Shown here: positions 37,861 to 45,800 of the stretch, piece after piece
How the letters are laid out: each line of letters begins with the position of its first letter
Position numbering within the stretch: position 1 is the stretch's first letter
IMG/VR virus record: IMGVR_UViG_3300030329_004422
Length of the DNA: 64,000 nucleotides
Reading direction: 5' to 3' (one strand)
Source: an uncultured virus (IMG/VR IMGVR_UViG_3300030329_004422)
Lineage: Duplodnaviria > Heunggongvirae > Uroviricota > Caudoviricetes
The notes under the pieces: model-generated
Seen by the model: only the letters and a program-made list of their open reading frames with translations
The model's database searches: none
What the model was told of the DNA's origin: nothing
Position numbers and translations under genes: made by a program

Positions 37861-38149
37861 GTACGGGTAACCGCCATGATAGTGACAAAAAATGTCCGGT
37901 TTCGCTTAAAAATACCAACAAGGCAGGCGTTTTCCGGAAGTTAGGTGCGTGTCGCACCCTTCTCGACGCCGTATCAAAAAGGATACACACCGCCCGATAT
38001 CCAAGGTTCAACGCCAGGAATCGGCGGGTGGTATTGACGTGTCATTCGCACCAGAACCGGTGCAGGCGTATAGGTTTTGATACGCTGTTTTGGCAGGCGT
38101 TAGCGTGCAATCAGGGGGTATCAAGGGTTCAACCAGGGCCTTGCATATG

Positions 38150-39185
38150 TGTGTGTAGCTGCGTACCTTCGGGGGTATTCGCAGGTATGGCACCACGGCG
38201 CGGGCCGGTCTTCAGGGGTCCGCTGCCCGCCAAGGCTCAACCCCTCCCTCAATCATAGGGGGAGCCTCGGCGGCAGCTATGTAATGAGCACCGCTATGCC
38301 TTCCGGCTTCCCCCTGATATGCGCGGTGCAAGGTCACAGGGGTTAGCGGCTGATAACGGGGCCGCGACCGTTGGCGGATTCGGTGAACATGCACCGGCAC
38401 CGGACAAAATGGATTGAATGCACGACGTTCCTCACGGGGCCGCATTGCTTCGCCGTCGGTGGTGGTTCCTCGCCGCATTGGGGCGCTGTCATACCTTCGG
38501 CACTTTCACGATGCGGCGGCGTGCCGTCGTGCATTCAAAAGGGGCGGTGATTTTCGCGCTCACCGGGGCGCTATTCCGTCGGCCACGGCCTGACGGCTCC
38601 CCCGTGTTGGGTGGGGGTGTCCCTGCTATGGTCTTCGGGGTTACTACTCCCACGGCCTCGCCATTGCTCGCCGCATCGGACGCCCACTCTATTTGTGGAC
38701 TCACTCACCCGGCACGCCTTGCGGCTGCTCCGATTCTCCAGGTGCATACAATAGACGGGGCCGTGATGTTGCTCAAAGCCTTAGTGGTGCTCGCCCGCAG
38801 GTTTTGGGGTCTTGGCACTCCCCCGCCGTCCTTGAAACGTGCCGGGAGGTAACTTACACGGGGTCCAATCGGTTGGCCTGTCCTGCTCGCCTCACCCTTC
38901 CCGCCGTGGCGGATTCCATAGGGCTCGGTTGCTTTTCGGATGACGTATCCCCTAAAGGTTACGCCTCTCTTACTCTGTCTTGCTGCATTCCAGCGGTGGC
39001 CGATTGCGCGGTGTTCGTCTTTGCCGCGCCGTGTACCAGGGTCAATCTGTTTCCAGGTTGCCCGTCTATTCCTATTCGCGATGTCAAAGAGTCGATTATT
39101 CGGGTGACCGCTTTAGTTATTGGGCGCTGGCAGTGTTCGCCCCGGTCGGTAGTTATTTTTTTGCGGGGTGTTTCCCCCGCCACAC
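38150..39185 (-). ncRNA. Candidate giant structured RNA of about 1 kb
   Basis: Many nested stems, long-range 10- and 14-bp pairings, GNRA loops on the minus strand, no credible ORF, upstream promoter-like motif. Confidence 0.6.
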
Positions 39186-39189
39186 AAAC

Positions 39190-39222
39190 AAGGGAATCAC
39201 CGTTCCAAGTATGACAAGTGTG
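39190..39222 (-). promoter_or_regulatory. Variant of the repeated phage promoter, upstream of the candidate RNA
   Basis: CACACTTGTCATAC...GGTGATT with the same spacing; weak -10. Confidence 0.45.
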
Positions 39223-39456
39223 GCACCCTAAGAAAACTTGAATATTCTTTTGATGAATCTCGAATAATCAAGGTTGAACCTGGAATATCGAAGACCAAAA
39301 AAAAATAAAAATAAACCAAAGAAAAATGATTGACCCCCCCTAAACGCTGCCGTTGCGCGCGCGGGCTTCCTTATATAGCCCCCCCTTTTTTGTTCTTTCT
39401 GGGTTTTCTTCTGCTTCAGGGGTTGTCATGGTGTGTCAGGTGTGTACATTCAATGC

Positions 39457-39852
39457 ATGACCTTTGCTCTCGCCTTTTCCAACCTCGAAGCAGACGCCCC
39501 CCGTCAACGGGCTCGGTGTGCTGCTACAGGTCGGTTCGTGGCATGGTCGAAGGTCCCACAGCTTCGGGTCCCTGGGGCCCCTCGGGTTGTCGTCATCCCC
39601 TCCCCATTGGTGGAGGTTGACGTGGTCGAGGTTCCTGAGCCCGTCGCTGTTCCCGTGGTTCCCACCTTGGTTGCTCGGGTTGCTGCTGCTGTCATCGATG
39701 GTGCCTCCAGTCTTGCTGGTCGTGTCATCGATGGTGCCGCTGCTATCCCCCCCAAAGTAGTGAAGGGACTACGCTCCATCGGTGGCCTTGCTGGTCGCCT
39801 TGCTGGTCGATTCACTATCACTGGACGTGGCCGGAAGGAGGCCGCCATGTGA
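39457..39852 (+). CDS. Hypothetical Val/Ala/Pro-rich protein
   Basis: ORF with VIDGA x2, LAGR x3 and an RC..TGRFV motif; GC-rich. Confidence 0.35.
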   Translation: MTFALAFSNLEADAPRQRARCAATGRFVAWSKVPQLRVPGAPRVVVIPSPLVEVDVVEVPEPVAVPVVPTLVARVAAAVIDGASSLAGRVIDGAAAIPPKVVKGLRSIGGLAGRLAGRFTITGRGRKEAAM

Positions 39853-39952
39853 CGCACCCTGCCATATCCCGCCTTGAACCTTGGTTTTCGCGGGGATTGG
39901 AGGCCCTCACGTCGATTCGGGAGGTGCTGCGCAGGGGTCCGTCTCGGAGCAG

Positions 39953-40024
39953 CCCCCCCTAAAGGGGGGAGCGGCACGCCGCCGCTGCGCGGCGGCTTGG
40001 GGGGCGGCGAAGCCCCCCCCTAAA
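39953..40024. repeat. Cluster of three GC-rich hairpins
   Basis: 39954-69, 39978-96 and 39999-40018; CCCCCCCTAAA also at 39334. Confidence 0.7.
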
Positions 40025-40047
40025 ATGATATCGACGATATCCGGCTA

Positions 40048-40076
40048 TTGACGCACAATCCGTACAAGTATAGACT
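40048..40076 (+). promoter_or_regulatory. Sigma70-like promoter
   Basis: TTGACG, 17-bp spacer, TAGACT, then GAGGT RBS. Confidence 0.7.
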
Positions 40077-40093
40077 CGATCTCCGAGGTAAAT

Positions 40094-41062
40094 ATGGTTC
40101 GATTTGTGTGTTTGGCTAAGCTGTTTCCATCTGCAGGAATAGCTGGCGTATTGGGCGTTTCAGTAGAAGATCCGGGTGAAATCGAGGATTATCGTGAGGC
40201 ATTGGGCATCAATCCGAGCCAGGTTGTCCGGTTTGTTCGTTTGACCGCTATACCGGATCACGCTCAGCCTCATCTAAAGGCTGGTGACGTTGTCTGTAAG
40301 TTTGATGGCTTATCGGAACGCTTCCTTGATGTTCTTCGTCCAGTAGAGACAACCTACTTACAGAGCCGGTATCAAGCAGGCGAAATCGACTGGGACTTGG
40401 CCGAAGATGTTCGTAGCCTTGCGGTTGAGAAAAGCTGCTGGGAGATCGGTACAGATAACTACCAGGTGGCGATATCAGATCCATCAGGACGCTTAGCAGT
40501 CTTGAGAATGAAGGCAGGCTCACCACGTAAGCTGTTTCGCACAGCATATGCTGCATTGAAGCAGACCAAGCGTGACCGTGATCGTTTAGAGCACAAACCA
40601 GAGGTAGGCTACCTGATTGACCCTTATTGGAAGGAAAAGTGCTCATGGGCAACATTCAAGTTTCTACACAAGTGGCTTTTTGATAATGGCCCTGTAGTTG
40701 ACCCAAAAAAGTTTTACTGGTTCAGCAAGAAGCTAAAGCGCCACAATGAAATCATGCGTGGATTGCCATTGTCTCGATTAGACGACCATCAGATCCGTAT
40801 GCATACGAGGCGCAGGAGCAAACATGCATCAGACTTCTGGAGCCGTGTTCGCAGGGAATACTTACTTGATAAAGACTCGTTGCCACGACCTCTTGCGTTT
40901 GTGGGCTCTAAGAAAGAGATTCGTTGGGTACGGATTACATTAGAAGAGGCAGAGCAGGTATTGGAGTACATTCTGTGGCCTGAGTGGCCTGAACACAAAG
41001 ATCCCATACACTTCTCTGCTATGAATCACAGATCCGTAAACGGGTCACGGGCATGGAATTAG
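40094..41062 (+). CDS. Hypothetical protein
   Basis: 322-aa ORF with promoter and RBS. Confidence 0.65.
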   Translation: MVRFVCLAKLFPSAGIAGVLGVSVEDPGEIEDYREALGINPSQVVRFVRLTAIPDHAQPHLKAGDVVCKFDGLSERFLDVLRPVETTYLQSRYQAGEIDWDLAEDVRSLAVEKSCWEIGTDNYQVAISDPSGRLAVLRMKAGSPRKLFRTAYAALKQTKRDRDRLEHKPEVGYLIDPYWKEKCSWATFKFLHKWLFDNGPVVDPKKFYWFSKKLKRHNEIMRGLPLSRLDDHQIRMHTRRRSKHASDFWSRVRREYLLDKDSLPRPLAFVGSKKEIRWVRITLEEAEQVLEYILWPEWPEHKDPIHFSAMNHRSVNGSRAWN

Positions 41063-41063
41063 A

Positions 41064-41378
41064 ATGTTTAATGTAGCGTTTACTCAGCGTAAGATGCGCC
41101 AAGCGTTGTCTGATTGGTACGGATTCTTGGCTACAGAGTCTCGAAATGCGGAGGATTGGCTTTCACTACCTCATTGGGTGAAGCAAGTACCAAGCAGGCT
41201 TGATATTCCGTGGGCGTTAAAGGATCTCCAATCAATGGCAGGCAATAAGTCTATGATGCGTGCATTGTATATTGTAGTTGACGAAATCTACCTTGCATCT
41301 GAAAACGTCGAAGGTCTTCCTGATATTAGCTTGCTTAGAAATGAACTCTTGAAATGGTATGCAGAACATGTCGAATGA
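41064..41378 (+). CDS. Hypothetical protein
   Basis: Operonic ORF. Confidence 0.55.
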   Translation: MFNVAFTQRKMRQALSDWYGFLATESRNAEDWLSLPHWVKQVPSRLDIPWALKDLQSMAGNKSMMRALYIVVDEIYLASENVEGLPDISLLRNELLKWYAEHVE

Positions 41379-41895
41379 ATGGTTATTTAGTTACGAGATT
41401 CCTGGTGCTCCGATAGGCAAAGGCAGACCGAGAGGTACGTCTGCTGGTGGCCATATACGCCTATACACGCCAAAGAAGACTGCAGATTGGGAGCGTTCGT
41501 CAGCGGGAATGATGTCACAGGCATGGAGGCGAGAGCCATTGGATGAGCCTGTTGAGGTAGAGGTTGCTGCGTTTGCTCATCGTCCAAAGCGCTTGATGCG
41601 CAAAAAAGATCCTGATGGCGTGATCTGGAAGACATCAAAGCCAGATGCGGACAATATATGTAAGTGTGTGTTGGATTCTCTGGTTATGGCAGGCATTCTG
41701 CGCGATGACTCATGTGTGGTGTCGATACGCATACTGGATTTCTATGCAGAGAAGGATCGTGGTCCGAGAGTTTGCATACGGCTTCGTTCAGCGGGCGTTG
41801 AACCTGTCGAAGGTTGGTGGGAGCGTAAGGGTAAAACGTTGGTTGAGGTATTTGATGAGAATGAGCACAAGTTTGTTGATGATTTGCCTTGGTGA
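41359..41895 (+). CDS. rusA: RusA-family Holliday junction resolvase
   Basis: PIGKGRPR, YTPKKT, KPDADNICK.VLD, DDSCVV. Confidence 0.9.
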   Translation: MQNMSNEWLFSYEIPGAPIGKGRPRGTSAGGHIRLYTPKKTADWERSSAGMMSQAWRREPLDEPVEVEVAAFAHRPKRLMRKKDPDGVIWKTSKPDADNICKCVLDSLVMAGILRDDSCVVSIRILDFYAEKDRGPRVCIRLRSAGVEPVEGWWERKGKTLVEVFDENEHKFVDDLPW

Positions 41896-41924
41896 TTGAC
41901 ATGGCATTTCTCTACTGTTACCTT
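41896..41924 (+). promoter_or_regulatory. Sigma70-like promoter
   Basis: TTGACA, 17-bp spacer, TACCTT. Confidence 0.5.
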
Positions 41925-41966
41925 TTTTGGTAGAGATAGCCTCTCTGTGTAAAGTTGTTTGCTCTT

Positions 41967-41998
41967 GGCCTCACCTTCTCGGGTGGGGCCTTTTTCTT
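41967..41998 (+). terminator. Intrinsic terminator
   Basis: GGCCTCACC/GGTGGGGCC stem followed by TTTTTCTT. Confidence 0.75.
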
Positions 41999-42055
41999 GT
42001 TTGCTTTTAATCGCATATGCGGTAATGTTGACAAGAACATTTTGTTGGAGAGGGC

Positions 42056-42430
42056 ATGGCAACAACAACGCTCGATAATAGTTATGTTACCTACAAGGTA
42101 GTTGTTGAAGATGACTTAGGCAGTGCAGCGCTTCAAAACATTACGAACGGTGCTGCAAAAGTCTATTCTATTTTTGTAGACAACACTGCGAATGGCAGTG
42201 ATGTGTCAGTATTGAAGCTGTACGACGATCTTGTTGATGGTGGCATTGACGTTGACGCAACAGAGGTTGATTACCAATTCATCGTTGCTGGTGGTGTGCG
42301 TCGTTTGTTTTCCTTTCCAACGGGTCTAACGATTGCGAATGGCCTGTCTTTGCGGTGCGTGACGGGTGCTGCGAAGACAAATGTATCCGATCCATCGAAC
42401 AGCGTTATTGTTACCGTAGTTTACGCTTGA
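42056..42430 (+). CDS. Small structural beta protein (paralogue family, copy 3)
   Basis: Similar to the 10244 ORF (V.YKV..D....AA.+N+T.G..K..S). Confidence 0.55.
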   Translation: MATTTLDNSYVTYKVVVEDDLGSAALQNITNGAAKVYSIFVDNTANGSDVSVLKLYDDLVDGGIDVDATEVDYQFIVAGGVRRLFSFPTGLTIANGLSLRCVTGAAKTNVSDPSNSVIVTVVYA

Positions 42431-42439
42431 GGTTTTAAC

Positions 42440-42832
42440 ATGGCAGATATTTTAAAGACCGTAACTAATCCGCTTGGAACCTTGATTTTCAAGGAGACTG
42501 CAGCAAACGCGACTCTGATTGCGAACGTATTTGCGAAGGTGGCTGCGAATTTGATTTCAGTCAAGTTGGATAACAGTGCAAATTCGAGCGAAGCGGTGTA
42601 CTTGAAGTTGTACGAGAATACGAATTCAGATGGTCAATCGATTACAGTTGGCACGACTGCTCCGTTCTTTATTATGAAGGCTCCAGCATCATCGAGTGTG
42701 GAAATGTATATTCCGCAGGGTATGGCGTTTTCGTCGGGTAACTATACTCATTTGGCAGTGACGACGGAGAAAGGTATTGCTGGTACGACGGCACCAACTG
42801 GAACGGTTCAAGTAACTTTAATCGGGTCTTAG
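42440..42832 (+). CDS. Small structural beta protein (paralogue family, copy 4)
   Basis: AVYLKLY...VGTTAP....APASS....IPQG parallels the 10244 and 10619 ORFs. Confidence 0.55.
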   Translation: MADILKTVTNPLGTLIFKETAANATLIANVFAKVAANLISVKLDNSANSSEAVYLKLYENTNSDGQSITVGTTAPFFIMKAPASSSVEMYIPQGMAFSSGNYTHLAVTTEKGIAGTTAPTGTVQVTLIGS

Positions 42833-42836
42833 TACT

Positions 42837-45800
42837 ATGGCGTCCGAAGATGCCATCTTGATGGGCAGCTTTCGTGATCCGAATGCACGTTCGGTGGAGC
42901 CTGCTACATTCGATTCTTCGATTGACGAGGTTCAAGCTGAAGAATCGCTTGATGACCTTCGGAGTCGGTATGACGAGTTGTTGGAGTCATCGCCTGCTGT
43001 AGAGGCTGAGCCGGAAGAAAGTGAGTCTGGTTTTACGAATCAGCTTCTTGGTTCATTGGAGCGGACGCTTGTTGCAGACAATCCGAGATTGAGTGGTCGT
43101 GCGATTGAGGGCTTGGGCCGCGTGACGGGCATCGAGTCGATGCAGGAGTTTGGCGAGAAGATCGTTCGTGAGTTTGATCAATCGGACAATCCTGATGAGT
43201 TTGTGCCGACTGTATCTACCTACAAAGACGTAGACGGTCTTCAGTCATTTTTGGACTATGCGGGTTCGACACTTGGGCAGGGTCTTGGTTCATTGGGTGT
43301 AGTGGTTGGTGGTGGTGCTGCGGGTGCTGCTGCTGGATCGGTGATTCCTGTTGTTGGAACAGCGGCGGGTGCTGTAGTTGGTGCAACGGGCAGTGGTTTT
43401 CTTTTAAACTACGGCGACACGTATGAGTATTTGGTTGAGCAAGAGGGCATGGACCCGAATGACGCGGCGCCGTATGCTCTGATTCCGGCAGCGGGCATGG
43501 CTGTACTTGATACGGCCGGTGTTGGCCTTGTATTGAAGCCAGCCAAAGACGCGTTGAAAAAGAATCTGGTGAAGCGAACGGCTCAGTTGGCGCTTCGCGG
43601 TGCGGGTTCAGAGAGTCTTACGGAGACTGCTCAGCAAGTGATTCAAGAGTCTGCGGGTGAAATGGCAGAGGCTTTGGGTCTTGCAAAGAACGATATTGTC
43701 GCTTCTCAGCGTTTTGAGAATACTGCAAACGCATTTCTAGGTTCGTTGCTTCCTGGCGCCGTGTTTGGTGCTGCCAGTGCACCGTTGCAGCGTCCTGTGG
43801 ATAAACCAGACGATACTCCACCTTCGAAGCCAGATGAGTTTGGTATACCTCCGTTTTCTCCCAACGAAGAATTTTTGACTGACGAAAATATAGATCAAAT
43901 TAAAAAGATTGTTCGTCCAGGGTATGCGTATTTCACAAATTCAGTCGGTTCACTAAATCAGGCTACACGCGCTGAAAAACTTGGTGGCGTGAACGTTATT
44001 GGTCAAGGGATTGCCGAGTCTGGTCTGCTTTTCAATGAACGCAATAAAGGTTTGCGTATACGGCCATTCATGCATCCTCTTGGCGCAATGGAAGATGCAG
44101 ATGGAACGTCAGTCGCTGAACAACTAAAAAAAGCGGTGGAGCGCGGCAACTATCTTCGAAATGCTCCGTTGACTTTTGTTTATGAGTTGCCGATCGGTGA
44201 CGTACCTTTTCAAAGTAAAGTTATTGATGGCACAACAATTTACGATGGACGGGACGACGTAATTTTGAATGCTGCGAAGGCTCTTGGTCTTCCTGGCACT
44301 GAGTTGGCTACTGCTGCTGCTGATTCTATTAAAGAAAAAAAGGGTGTAAGCAGGGGCCGTGATCTAAATCGGGTCATGCCGCCAGAGTTTATCAAGGGTG
44401 TTTTCGTAAATGGCCAATTGATGACCCTTGATGACTACAAGGCATCTTTGGGTTTGGACGTTGACAAGGGTTCTGCGGTTGAAGTTTCTGCTGCTGTTGC
44501 TCAATCGGAAGAAAACGCTCCCGAGGCGGCACCTTTGCCGGTGGTTGAATCTGAGCCTGTACGTGTCACGGCTGCGTTGACTGGTGTTCAGGACGCTCGC
44601 GATGACATGAAGAAGCTGAAGAATCAGTTTTTAGAAGAGAGTAGGGCAATTGTTGAGGCCGAGAAGCGCGGAGATAACGTTGAGCCGCTTCGAAAGGCCG
44701 TCAAAACCATAGAAAACAAGATTTTTGCTGATTTTGAGGCTGGATTGCGTTCATTATTAGAGCGTGACGGCGATATTGAGATCGTTTCTTTTGAGCGTGG
44801 GCTTGGTGGTTGGGCCGGTCAAAAGTTGGAACCGAATCTTAGAATCGAGGTTTCTGGCGATAAAGACACTGTTTTGAGTCGAATTACGGAGTTTAATCAG
44901 ACATCTGGCATGTCTGGACCGGATGCGGTGCCCCAGGGTGGCGCATTGAACCGCATTTTGGTTGAAACGATTCAAGATAAGCCAGATGTTATCGATTTGT
45001 ACGACGCTGCGAATATAGAAGAAAACAAAAAGCTTGTTTGGGATGACAACGGTGCGGAGCGTTTGGCGACCCTTCAGATCGATTTGCCTGCTGAAATGCT
45101 TACGCCTGAGTCTCTTGCATCGTTGGGAGACATTTTTGCTGAAGATCAACTTGGTTTTACGGTTGACCGCAAGAACAACAGAATTGAATTGATTCATACT
45201 CCTGAGTGGAGTCGTTCCAACGCGCAAGATACGCTTACCGCATTTGTTGACGCCGCGCGTCACCTGAGAGGAATTGCGAACCAAAACTACGGTTCTGAAG
45301 TTTCATTTCGATGGATCAAAGAGGAAATTCAGATCAGCGCACCGGAAAGTGATGTTATTAACATCAAAAATTCCTTTTCAGATGGCGACTCTGCGTATAG
45401 AGTAGTTGGGTACACGGAGTTACGAAAAAATGTCCAAGATGACTATAGGGGAGAAGATAGCGGCACTGTACGGGATCGATCCGATTCCGAAGGACAAGAG
45501 GCTGGGCCCGACGCCGGAGATTCAGGACGACCTGACGCCGGGGAGAGTGGTGTCAATGTTGAGGCCCTCGACGATGCTACCCGAGGTGCCGCCGCAGCAA
45601 ACCGATCCTTATCAAAACTTTCAACATATGGGAAGTTCGTACTTAGAGGGATTGGACGAGAAGAGTCTATCGGACTTGATCGACTCCATGCAGGAGCAGA
45701 ACAAAAAGGATTGAAGGTAGACGCTGATGCGTCTCGCGCCTTGATGGCTCGCATGGGTCTTGAGTTTAGTGACTCGGATACATCTGCAGGTCTGAAGATC

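Noticed and set aside
38150..39185. Group II intron, RNase P or tmRNA identity
   Set aside because: I could not find domain V, the GAGGAAAGUCC motif or tRNA-like ends by eye; no RT gene or interrupted host gene. Needs cmscan to be certain
38008..39231. Several 60-170 aa ORFs on both strands
   Set aside because: They overlap each other, lack RBSs and have Arg/Pro/Gly-rich composition expected from GC-rich DNA; structure explains the region better
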